From: Azolla caroliniana
Taxonomy: Eukaryota > Plantae > Polypodiophyta
Direction of reading: 5' to 3'
Assembly (NCBI GenBank): GCA_043228905.1
Contig: JBHGNT010000006.1
Location: forward strand, 3,968,001 to 4,032,000
Length of the DNA: 64,000 nt
The notes beneath the pieces are model-generated. The model worked only from the letters and a program-made list of their open reading frames with translations. It ran no database searches and was not told where the DNA came from. Position 1 is the first letter of the stretch, and the number at the start of each line of letters is the position of its first letter. The translations under genes were made by a program, and so were the position numbers. This document shows positions 23,168-34,606 of the stretch, one piece after another.

Positions 23168-24748
23168 TTAATCCACAGGATCCAAGCCGGGATCAAAGGG
23201 CAGGAGGAGAGGGTGTGTGAGGAGCGGGCAGCCGGAGACTTGGTGCCATGTGTTGTCCAGGGTATTGTAGACCAGGCCATGGTTGTAGTAATACCTGCAG
23301 AAGAAGATGAGGTGGCCATGCGCGGTGCAGTAGAAGCATTCGGAGGGTGAGGTGAAGAAGCGGTCACACATGGCGCGGGGCATGCGCCCCACCTCCCGCC
23401 ACCTCAGCGTCCCGGGATCAAGGCACCAAATGTAGAGGCCCAGCACGTACCGGCGCAGGGCCTTCCCAATCACCAAGATGTTCCCGCTGCACTCGACCAG
23501 GTGCCGGAACTTGGAGAACCCCGGGATCTTGCCCGTCCTCATCTTCACCCATTCTTTGCTCTCCACATTGAATGCTAGCAGCCCACTACCCGGCCCCCTC
23601 GTTAGGCACACGTAGTACCCCCGGTACTCCACTATGCTTCGGCATATCTCCTCACCTTGAGGTAACAACCCGCACTCCACCCACGCCCCCGTAGCTGAAT
23701 CATACATCTCCGTGCTCCTCCGGTGATGGTGGAGGCTCGTTGAGTCCTCCACACCCCCCGCCACCAGAACCTTGTAGCTCATCCTTCCCTTGTCCACCAC
23801 CATGGACACCAAGAATGGCACCCTGTTGTGATTCATCGTCGGTAGCTCCTTCCATTTCCTGGTCACCGGGTTACACACGATGAGGCTGGTATAGCCCGTG
23901 TCGAAATTGGGGCTGAGGAAACAGATCAGGCCACCGGCCGCACACACAGGGTATGCGACCGAAGGCAAGAAACCCAAGGGGAAGGTGTACCACCTGTTAG
24001 AGATGACCTCGTAAGAGGAGAGTTGTTGATACCGCGAGCGATTGAGGGCGAGGAAGTATGCTCTCTGATGATATCGGTGGTGATGATGACGAAGGGCACT
24101 TGATGACAATGAGGAGGATGCTTGAAGTACGATTCGGTTTTGCATGAATGCGCGCGATAATACAAGGGCGCGCCACGATGTGCATACAGTGCTGAATCGG
24201 AAGAGTGTGTGGATGGGCAGGAAGGCGAGGATGTGCTCCACTATCTCCTGTGGCAGTTGGGGCCAAAGATGGGATTGCAAGGTAGCCAGATGTAGCGGAG
24301 GCGAGGGCGGGGGCGGGGACAGGGTAGGGGGGTTTATGGTCTGGCAGAGAATCGAGGAGGAAGAAGAAGATGGTGATGATGATGATGAAGATTTTGATGA
24401 TGATGATGATGGTGATGATGATGAGAAGGCATCGTCGTTCACAATAATGTTGGCTACGCTGCTGCTCTTCCTCCTGATGCTGTTAATTTCAGCAGTGCTG
24501 CTCTTTATACAGATTCCCTTCTCGCTTTCCACAACAAGGAGAGAAGATGGGTACTGGAAGTGACCATCCCCAGAACAATCCCTAGCGTCATTCGTCAGGA
24601 GGGCTACTGAGACATCGTGATGATGAATGCAGGACAAGGCTATGTGATGATAATGATGGGGATAGGGATGGCGGTGTCCTCCGATGGATATGGAGAGACG
24701 GGGGAGCTTGTTTGGGGGTTCAAAGATGGTCTCTGCAGAGAAGCTCAT
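23168..24748 (-). CDS. F-box/kelch-like beta-propeller protein (At5g15710/LCR/UFO-like superfamily), single exon, 526 aa
   Basis: F-box WPQLPQEIVEHILAFLPIHTLFRFSTVCTSWRAL; AAGGLICF, LIVCNPVTRKWKELP, YKVLVAGG, TEMYDSATGAW, HLVECSG, WREVGRMP, FDPGL end; GC-rich coding composition; Ser/His/Pro-rich N-terminus. Confidence 0.92.
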   Translation of the reverse strand: MSFSAETIFEPPNKLPRLSISIGGHRHPYPHHYHHIALSCIHHHDVSVALLTNDARDCSGDGHFQYPSSLLVVESEKGICIKSSTAEINSIRRKSSSVANIIVNDDAFSSSSPSSSSSKSSSSSSPSSSSSSILCQTINPPTLSPPPPSPPLHLATLQSHLWPQLPQEIVEHILAFLPIHTLFRFSTVCTSWRALVLSRAFMQNRIVLQASSSLSSSALRHHHHRYHQRAYFLALNRSRYQQLSSYEVISNRWYTFPLGFLPSVAYPVCAAGGLICFLSPNFDTGYTSLIVCNPVTRKWKELPTMNHNRVPFLVSMVVDKGRMSYKVLVAGGVEDSTSLHHHRRSTEMYDSATGAWVECGLLPQGEEICRSIVEYRGYYVCLTRGPGSGLLAFNVESKEWVKMRTGKIPGFSKFRHLVECSGNILVIGKALRRYVLGLYIWCLDPGTLRWREVGRMPRAMCDRFFTSPSECFYCTAHGHLIFFCRYYYNHGLVYNTLDNTWHQVSGCPLLTHPLLLPFDPGLDPVD

Positions 24749-25254
24749 GCTGTTTTATAATATCACAGAAAACCCTGTGTCGATCGGCAGGAGATGCATC
24801 ATCATCATTCGTTGCAAGGAGAGGGTATGCGTGCCTGTGTATTTCCTCTTTACATGATCTCAAAAGCATCAGGGACTTGCTTTTTCTACATGATCAAGCA
24901 AAGGAAATGGGGGGGGGGGATGTATTACCAAAGAATATCTGAAGATTCTCTGTGAGGACAAGAATAGGAATCGCTTGGTTTTCCATAGCCGAGCCTTCTC
25001 CTCTCAGGCGATCATGATTGTTTTCTTTCCTCTTTTGTTCTTACTAATCTCTTTTCTTGCTAAAGGAGCCCAGGATTTATGTTATGTGATTCTTACCTGT
25101 CTGCGCGCCTGGAATTAAAACACAAAAAGGAAAGCGCTCCTTGTACAGGATGGATTTGACAGCACGAATCTCCTGCATTCGAGCGGCGATCTTTTCTCAA
25201 CGCCTTCTCCGTATGGTTTTATATCAGATTCATGGAGTGCGTATGTGATGCTTC

Positions 25255-25635
25255 TGGGAGGAGGAGGAAGGGAGGAGGAGGAGGAGGAGGAAGAAGAGCC
25301 ATTGAAGGAAAAGAAAGAGAAAGAGAAAGAGAAAACACAGACACGGAGGCGGAGAAAGAGAAAGACAAACACAGACACAGACACAGACACAGACACAGAC
25401 ACAGACAAAGAAAGCAGAGAGAGAGAGAAGGAGAAAAAAAAGAAAAGACAAAGAGAGGAAAAGAAGAAAGAAAGAAGAAAGCAGATCAGAGGAAGAAAAA
25501 GACAAAATATAAAAAAGGTCCAAGAAGCTCTCTGTCTCTGTCTCTGTCTCTCTGTCTCTCCTCTTTTTCTCTTTGGTGTTGGTATCATGGGTCTTCTTCT
25601 TCTTCTTCTTCTTCTTCTTCTTCTTCATCTTCTTC
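25255..25635. repeat. Compound microsatellite block (GAG)n, (ACACAG)n, (TCTCTG)n, (CTT)n in the F-box leader/promoter
   Basis: Directly visible; explains the low-complexity ORFs at 25115-25870. Confidence 0.9.
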
Positions 25636-25988
25636 GCCGTATTTGGTGTCGGTCGACCACAGGACCCATTGCCAACCCCGATCCCACCCCGGGATCCCAT
25701 CACATGTCTGCCTTTCGCCGATTGATGGAGCCTTTTGGTGTCGGGTGGTGTCGGTCCCCCCCCCCCCCCTATGTAACTCGTCCCCAAACCCCAGTTCCCA
25801 TCACATGTCCGCCTTTCACCAATTGATGAAGCCTTCAAAAGCATTGACTTCGCTTACCCTAGTTCCCTAGCCATTAACCCACCCACCCACCCACCCCAAC
25901 CCCTCTCCATCATTGTTCGTCACTTCGAAGCAATATCAATCTATCTCATCCATAGATAGATCTTCTAAGTTCTACCCACCACCAGCAA

Positions 25989-26019
<31 letters not shown>

Positions 26020-26399
26020 CACTCATCCTTTTTCTCATCTAAGACAAATCGTCACACCTGCGCTTTAGTTAAAAAATAAAAAGGCGTTGCCACACGTCGA
26101 GCTTTGTTACCAATGTTTGCTCTGTAAACCAGAGATGTCGTGCACACCTCCACCGAATGCTTTTGGCATCACTTATCTTTTTTTCATGATGCTTTAACCC
26201 CCCACAAAAAATTGTTGGTACCCATAACATGTCAACTCCCATGCCCCAATTTTCAGTTGCCATTGTATACAAACAAATCGATGCTTGTTGTAATTGAATA
26301 TCAATTTGTACCATTCAAGACTATACACACACACCTCCACCAATCCCTCACGATATAGTATGTGATCTAGAAATCGTGAAGGATTAAAGGTAATTTTTA

Positions 26400-29300
26400 T
26401 TACTATCTAGTATTGTATCTTTCTGCAATTCTTGTTTGTTGATGTTCCATAGAAATTGAATCAATGTTGGGTACACTTGAAAATAATTCTAAACCAAATG
26501 GGTTGTGCATCGTGATCTCTCCTTCGATCTCTTATGTGTATTCAATAGTTTATATCAAGTCACGAGTTTTTAAGGGAGTCGTCCATAGATTTTTATTATT
26601 TAGTGTGGCATCCATGACGAAATTCAATTGTATGCACGCCTACCAATCTCGAGCACTAAATAATTCTCAACCAAATTTGTGTGTGATTTGCATCTCACAA
26701 GGAATAAAAAAGTATTGTTATGCAAGGCATCACTACGTATCAAATTGTCCTAGTGGTTGATTGTTACATACAAACCGAATCAGTTTTAGTTGTAATTGAA
26801 TATCGCTCTAAACTATAGAGATTGTGCATGTTGACCTCTCCTTCCTCCCCCCTCTTGTATTTAATTCGAACTCGAAACAAGCCACATGGGGTTTTATTAC
26901 AATTTCCGAACAAGAATGACCCACCGAAGCTTTGTTGAGGAGGATATAAAAGGAAGCAAACTTGCTAATAGTAAGAAAATTGATGGTTCTTTTCAAATTG
27001 GTATTACACAAAGTGTTGGTAACTCGATCATTATTGCCTTCTTTGTGTAGTGATGAATTCTTTTATATTGCAGTTATGTTGACATGAAGGATCATATAAT
27101 CTTGGGTGACATGCAAACCTCTTCTAATTGTGGTTTTCATTCAACCTTACAACAATGAGTTTTGCTACCCCAAGCATAAGGGAGATTCACATTGCATACA
27201 TGCAAAGGGACTTAAACATGAAATTTCTCTTGTTTCAAAACATAAAGTCACGTTTAGGCTAAGGGGAAAGTAGTACTTTTTTTCCCTACCGAGTACTACA
27301 TTTAGATTAGCAACATTTCCCCGAGTGTAATAGGCACCATTTTTTGTTTTCCTTGGGTGTTTATGTCAAGGGACGAGTTAATAACGCAAGAAGATAAAGG
27401 AAGATGAGAGATTATGACATCTCTCAGCCTGACATGAGTTGACAACAAGCCCAACAAATGCATTGCCCTTGTGAGTGAAATTAATTACCATGCAGGTTGC
27501 CACATTACCACTCTTCAAGAATCTATTATCTAGTAAATCAAACCAAATACCTTCGGGTCCCTCAAAGATTCATTAAACTATTCCACTTTTGCATACTTGT
27601 AAAGTATGGAGTGACCGTGGCTAACCATGAATCTCAAGTCCTATTATTAAATATATGAGTCTAACTTGATAGAATATATTTTCTACCTTTATGAAAGCAT
27701 ACTATGTGATTCCCCATTACTTATAAAAGTTTCACAGCTACTTAACGACAACATCCTTCGATGGGCTTTGATCATGGATTCATGTACATGTATGCTTCTA
27801 TGATATATATATATATATATATCATTTGGTTAATGAATCATGTCATAGTATGCTTTAGAAAGCTTTATTTCCCACTACATGTTCTCGTCATCCATGAAGC
27901 CTGCCCCTTACTCCAAATAAAACAATACATTATGTGATAAAGCATAAGGGGAAAGAAAGCATTGCCTTTATACATCATATGAGAGACTTTCAACACCCCC
28001 ATCGATTCTTTTGCACTTATGAGGTCAACTTTATAACCCTGGCGTATAGCGATAAAGGTTAATATATCAAGATCGAGTCCCACGCACTTCAGTTCATGTC
28101 GGTTTGCAATAGAATTTCATCAAATGTTTTGGCAAGATCTTGCATACTTACAACCCATGCTAAATAATAGCTTTACAAAATTTTCTTTTCGCAAGTCAAT
28201 CAGTGAAAATGAATGTATTGCCGTGCCTCAAAGTCATGGCAATATGTATACTCTTGGCTTATTTTCTTTGTATCTTATTTATGTTTATGACACAAATTCC
28301 ACATCCAAAATGTGTTATACCATTACATTTCACTACATCCAATATGCGAGAACACTCCACTCCAAAAATGAAAAGGCAAAAAGGGAGGTATTTTCCCTAT
28401 ATTAGAGATATAGAAATGAATCTATTGACAAGGTCAGACATGAAGTATGTGCATAGTGTATGTAGGTCAAGGGTTGATAGAGATTCCATTTTCTTTCTAT
28501 ATGGATAGAAAATGTGAGCTCAACATTACAAGGATTCGGACGAGACTATTAAGGGCTCAACACAAATACTCGTCATAGCTTTCAACCATGTAGCATGTAT
28601 TCAACATGAAATACAAGATGTGCAAATGTTTCACATAACTTTATGAGTTGGCATTGCTTAAAAGCTAGATATTTTGTTTTCTTAATCTGGAAAATCTCTA
28701 GGCTATCAACATGCATATGTAGATGGGCATGGTAGGTAAAGAAGCTTGTTTTTTTCTCATTGATAATATCTATTATCAACTCATATTTTCAACCTCTCAT
28801 ATTTATAATCAACAATGTATGTTTCTGTTACAAGTAGACCATACATCAACAAAGAATAACATTGTAATGGTGTCCCACTTTTCGTTTAAAGTAGGTCTCA
28901 TCATTTACTTACCGATCAAACTATAAACAAGATCGAATAATAAGCCTTGATCAATTATCTATCTTCTATTTGGCATTCATATTGAGGAATTGATTGATGA
29001 ATCTACATAAATCTTCATTCTTTATTTCAAGAAATTCCATACATATCAAAGACTTTATGAAAGAAACCCGTTTTGTCACAATACTTAACACTTCTTTAAC
29101 TTGTTTCACTAAAAAGTGTGGAATTTCCATATCTATGAGAGATAGAGAGAAAATGTTATGGTCATTTGCGTTCTATGTTTCGGTATAGTAAATTGTTTTA
29201 TGGTCATGAGAATTATCTTGATTTTGGACGTTTGTGGATGATTAGTCAACTTCACATATTGGCTCTAAATTAGCTTTTTGACGGGCATGGCCACGTTGCA

Positions 29301-31350
29301 CTAAAATATAATATGCATTAATAATAAGGATACTTTATGTATTAGACTCGACATACTTGCATTGCTAACTAATATTACCCAACCAAGCATCTTAGGTAGA
29401 TACTTAGATATAGCTTACTCAATCATCATTGTTGTTAAAGTTTTTTGAAAACTCAAGGGCGTTTATAACATAGTTTGGCCATTACAAGGTCATTACGCAC
29501 TATTTTAAAGAAAAACACATGTTTAACTCGTTGTTCCTAAAGTCCCATGTTGATCTCAAATATGCTCTTTGCCTTCCACACCAAAGAAGGTCATTGATAT
29601 GTGAATGAATATAATCATATATTCAAAATAAAACATCTTTCCTTCAATAAATAATAATTATATACAATCTTTAGCTCCACCAAATTCTATTAACATTTGT
29701 AGCCCTATTACGAGCATAGTATTAGAGAAGGCAAAGGATTTATAAATCTTTTGCACAACGATAGGAGATCCATGAAGTATAAAATCTATTTTGAGTTGAT
29801 CTTGTCTTGGAAATAGTGAGTTCATAGGAAAAAACCATAATTCATGCTCATAACTATGTGATGCATATAAAATGGGGAATTTTCTCCTCAAATAATCTAA
29901 GTAGATCAATACGTGTTATGGGATGTCAATCCAATGCCTCACAATTTGCCTTGGCAATTTGTTCACAATCATTGTTCATGTTCACCCATCTATCTTGTCC
30001 AATAACCCTAACATCTTCCAAAATTTGGCTATGATAGGTAACAATGGGTAGCTTGGAATACTCAATTTCATCCCATGTTTGATTTCCACAAGAAGATCAA
30101 TGCCATCTATGGCCCAACTATGCCATCTCGTTGCATGCAGTACTTGATCCATGTATAAAATGACATTGATGTGGAGTTTTGAGAACACTTTCTTAAAAGT
30201 GGGGGGTTTTATGCATTGCTTGGGTTACTGCTTGGAGTTGGTGGCCTTCATAAGGTTAAGGATTGTGGTTTGCAAAATTTAGCTCGTCCTTAGTCCAATG
30301 GAGTCCAATATGTCAGAAGTGTTGTGCATCATTGTGGGCCTTCTACATTACCTATACTAGTGCCTAGTTTCACTCTTCTTGCTCCACAGTGCACTCAACA
30401 ATTGTTATAGATGTAAGATGATGATAAAAAAATTAGCAAACAAGTGCGGTACAAGACAAACTACCAAGTGAACTAGATTTACGAGTGAAACTGGTCACTT
30501 CGTTTTGCAACAATGCGGAAATGGTTGCCATCTTCAATGCAACCTTGATAAAGTTATAATTCATTGCTCTTAGTTGCTCCTCCACAAGCCCTCCTCTATC
30601 CTTGGCAAGGTCTTTTGATGTTGCTAGTTAACCTATTATCATTAGAGATAAATGTCAACCTTTGTTGGCCTTGAATTGATCCCTATTGTCATTCAACTTT
30701 GGCTCAACCAATTGGGATAATCTTGAGTGATCTTCTTTGTTTCCTCTGAAGTATCTATGACATCCAAGACTACATGTTCATTGTTTGGATGTTGGGATTA
30801 CTGTTAACAACGTGAATAGTTGCTCTTCAATGTTTCAATGGATTTCAATCAATCCTTGTAAACATTCAACTTGACATGAACAAACTATGCCTAGTGGTGA
30901 TAACAATTGCAAATATTCTTTGTTTCCTTTGAACTAACGCTATCTAGAACTACATGTTCATTGCTCCTATACTAGGATTCAACAAGGTGGGCAATGCCTC
31001 ATTGGAAATCTTAGCTTTGTAAAGCATGTTCCCACATGGCCTTGATTGAAGCTTCTATTCTAATGTTTTTGAATGAGTGTTGGGCTTGTGTGGAATTGCT
31101 CTATGAGGGTTTCCACTTGTGGATGACATGAAGGCAAGAAGGCACACATTGAATTGTCGAGGTGGATGGAGGTGGTTAGCCACCAAATGGGTGTGTGTGT
31201 GTGTGTTGACTCTCTAGCTTTCTAGAGCTCTAAATGGAGGGATTTGATTTTATCTGTCTATGTGTTGCCTCAAGGTGCCTGCCACCAAACACACTTCTAT
31301 ATGTTCTGCAACTGTTGGCTAAGAAGTCCAAACCAATGTTTACATTTTAG
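26400..31350 (-). mobile_element. Old, heavily decayed non-chromoviral Ty3/Gypsy element (boundaries approximate)
   Basis: Minus-strand remnants in the expected order: CA-TTTGGTGGC LTR/PBS-like junction ~31175-31190; Zn-knuckle-like remnant ~30350-30400; protease-like ~29950-30030; EINMG and KDVF RT-leader words ~29530-29640; G.KVD...FPLMLYHI extra-ORF-like segment 27865-28083. Confidence 0.5.
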
Positions 31351-31360
31351 GTGGGGAACA

Positions 31361-32443
31361 TGCCGAGGACGGTGATTAAGGTTTGACTAGTAAGTACTCA
31401 ACCTTAAGGGGAGTAAGTAATGAGAGAGAAGTGAGAGAAGGCTCTTGCCTAGATTACAAATAGGTGGCTCTAGAATGTTCGGAAAAAGAAGGTAAAAATT
31501 TATAAAAACGGACTTCTATAACTTTTTTACATAGGGTTTCCCCCTTTAACATTAGGGATGCCATTTGGAGTAAAGCCTTAGGATAAGTTTTTATATCTTT
31601 CTTTTTGTTGAGAGACAAGCTCAACATTCGGTGCATAATCGGGTGCATAACCCAGTGCGTAAATTGGGTGCGTAAAACTGTGTGCACAATAGGTTGTAGC
31701 GGTGCGTAAACTGCGAGGCCGTTGGAAAGATATTCCGCGTAGGAATATATTTTGGGAGTTAGTGTAGTAGGCTCATTTATGAGCATTCAAGTACTGTAAG
31801 TACTTGTGTTAGCCCGATAGTCAGGGCTTGTATAAAAGTGCTCATTGAGCACATCCTATGTACAGATTGAGTATTATTTTGAATTGAGTTTTTAGTGTGT
31901 CCTCTCTCTCTCTGGCTCTCCCGCGTACTATGTATATTTAAGCTCTCCATTAAACTTGCGTTTCTGTGTTCGGTTTTCTACTTGCTTCTGCACGCTATTC
32001 TTTACATGGTATCATAGCGCAAGGGTTGAGAACCTCTGCAACTGACATAGCTTGAAAGAAAAACGATCCAAGAAGAACAGGTAAAACTGATGGATAGAGG
32101 CATGGCTAGCTCGCTTCCGACGGAGAAGCTCGACAGAAACAACTACGCGTCTTGGTCCTACAAGATGCACTAGTACCTTCTCGGGCACGAATACTGGAGC
32201 TATGTCGACGGAGCAAATGACACAACACCCGAATCGACACATAGAGATTTCCCGACGTGAGAACAGTCGGCGAACAGAGTACTGTATTGATTCGCGTCTT
32301 GTGTGGGCGAACAACTCCTAAGATACATTCGGGATGCAAAAACGCCGAAAGATGCTTGGGGAAACCTGAAGAAGATTTTCGCCGCAAGCACCATAACCAG
32401 GAAGCTTCAACTCCGACAGGAACTGAACAACTTACAACAACGA
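31361..32443 (+). mobile_element. Element A: Ty1/Copia 5' LTR, PBS and gag N-terminus; 3' part absent; LTR start uncertain
   Basis: LTR end TTTACA at 32006; PBS TGGTATCATAGC (iMet, 1 mismatch) 32007-32018; gag from ATG 32102: MASSLPTEKLDRNNYASWSYKM...AKTPKDAWGNLKKIF...RKLQLRQELNNLQQR, cut at 32443. Confidence 0.85.
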
Positions 32444-34606
32444 TGTCGTGAAGATTTTCGACTACGAAATCGAGCGTGGTTCTTCTCACGAAATATAAAA
32501 CAATAATAGCAAAGATACTATTTTAAATAAGTTTAATATATTGGTACAAAAAGATGGAGGTCTTGAAGAGCTTCCGAATGTACTTTGCTAAGTAGGAAAC
32601 GAACATCTAAGTGTCAAGTTATGTGGGTATGGAGTTTGCAAAGAAGAAGAGAAAAATATGTGATATCCCACATAGACAGGACAAATAAGGAACCTACCAT
32701 ATATAAGGCAGAGCAAAAGCTATTGTCTTTGTGTCTATGTGTGGAGCATAGAAAGGTTAAGTTGTATGGATGTAGCCAAATGCAAACAACTATGTGTTTT
32801 GGACGAATCCGGCGACGACGATCGACGGAGCCGACGAGCCGACGACCGGACGGAGGAATGCCTTGTAAAAAATACATTAATAATAAAAAGCATATGTGTG
32901 TGTGTGTGTGTATATTCAAAAGGAGTGCAAATGAAGACTTGATCCTTCCACCTCCACAATGAAAGTTTATAGACTTACCACTAAGCTATGTCATTTCTTT
33001 AGAAATATTTTCCCTATCATTATAATTTTTACATGTAAATTCTCATATTAGAGCTTAATTGAGTGAGATGTGATGCAGGAGCGCCAAATGGCAAACATGC
33101 ATCACATGCATTCCATGCATTGTATGCATGTTTTGTACCCTCACATGCATCATATGCATGGGTGATACATGTTATGTTTTGATTCAAGAATTTAAGAAGA
33201 AGAAAAATTTGTTCTCCAATTGATGATATATCTTGTCTCTCGAATCTAAAGTTAAAAGTTCGATCTTATCTCTCTCACTCTCTATCTCTCTCTCGCCATC
33301 TCAATCTCTCTCCCTCAAACTATCTTAAATCCTTTCTCGCTAAAGCTAGTGGGTGCTTCGAGTCTTTCCGGTCCAGAACCTCGGCGGTTTCGCCTCACGA
33401 TCCGCAAATAGAGATGGATCTTCACGACATAATCAAGTGGTGAACCCGACGTGAAAGAGGTTGTAGGAAGGATTAAGTCGAGACCAATACTTGGAGATGG
33501 CGTCCTCAAGCAATCAAGCGGGAGACTTCAAAAGGATGATGTTGATCGTCGAACAAATGATGAGATCTCGAGACAACGATACGAGCGTGGAGAAGGCCGT
33601 CGATCGTGTTGTAGAGCTCGAGGGTCAATTCGACGGAAGGAACATTACGAAGTTCCTTGATGCATACAAAAGGGAGATGAATCAAAGGGACGTGTCTGAA
33701 GCGTGACAAATCACAAGTTTCAAGAGAGTGGTCGCCAACAACATCCAAAAACGCGTCATCGAACTTCAAGAAGGGAAGACAACGTGGTTGGAGTTTGAGA
33801 AAGCGATATTAGCAGAGTTCGCGACGGAAGACTCGACATGCCTTGATGAAGTGGATAGAAAAGAAGAATAAGAAGATGAGCGATTCGAGGGTGTATGACG
33901 AATTCGACCAATTTATGTTTCGTCGTCTCCCCGCCACAAACCAAGTGCGACTTGAGGAGGACAAAACTTTGTACTTCCTAAAGGTTGTGGATATAAAGGA
34001 TAGACGAGAACTGGGTACTCTCCTTGATGATGATACCCAAGCGAATGGGCTTGTAGCGGATTGGATCGTGGTGAAGCGAGCATGCAATAGGCTCGACAAA
34101 CGTCGTCAGTGGGTTGATGACACCAACTTGGCGGGATCGACTGTCGTGGAGAAAACAAGACAACCGAAAGTAGTTGAGCTGCCCAAACAAAGCAACCTGG
34201 AAGAAAAGAAGATTGATGACGACATCATCGAAGAGCTAGCGAAGAAGTTCGAGATGGTCACACTAGCCAACATGAATCGTCGGGGCCCCAAAGGGAAAGA
34301 ACCCTTTAGATGCGTGTGGTGCGATAACATGGACCACATGAGAAGGGATTGCGCGAGCCTTCGAGAGGCAATCCAACAAAATATCATATACATAGATGAC
34401 AACATGATCTGCTCGACTAAAACTCGAAGACCCCTGTGGGTGAATTTCGGAAGAGGGGGAATGAAGAAGTCTATGGAAGATGCTGAGACGACTCATGTGG
34501 ATGTGATGCACTATGCTGCAACGGCCGGAATAAGAGTCGAGAAAGACAAAATGAAGCTGCGAAAGTGGGAGCAAAGTTTTGGTCTTCTGTTCTTGAGTAT
34601 GAGAAG
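32444..34606 (+). mobile_element. Element B: Phygy/DUF4100-like Ty3/Gypsy 5' half (5' LTR, Trp PBS, gag), inserted in element A gag
   Basis: LTR TGTCGTGAA...TTCACGACA 32444-33429; PBS TGGTGAACCCGACGTGAA 33438-33455; gag FDGRNITKFL, CVWCDNMDHMRRDC, NFGRGGMK. Confidence 0.9.
32918..32995 (-). other. tRNA-like module in the element B LTR
   Basis: Minus strand TAGCTTAGTGGT, arm CTATAA-ACTTTCA-TTGTGG, T-arm-like GAAG-GATCAAGT-CTTC, then CCTTTT. Confidence 0.65.

Noticed and set aside
23377-23396. miR394-like target site in the F-box gene (GGAGGTGGGGCGCATGCCCC, in WREVGRMP)
   Set aside because: It differs from the miR394 complement GGAGGTGGACAGAATGCCAA at six positions, including the central cleavage positions; the similarity follows from the conserved peptide.
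25115-25870. Long ORFs (157-212 aa) on both strands
   Set aside because: Produced by stop-free microsatellites in the F-box leader and promoter.
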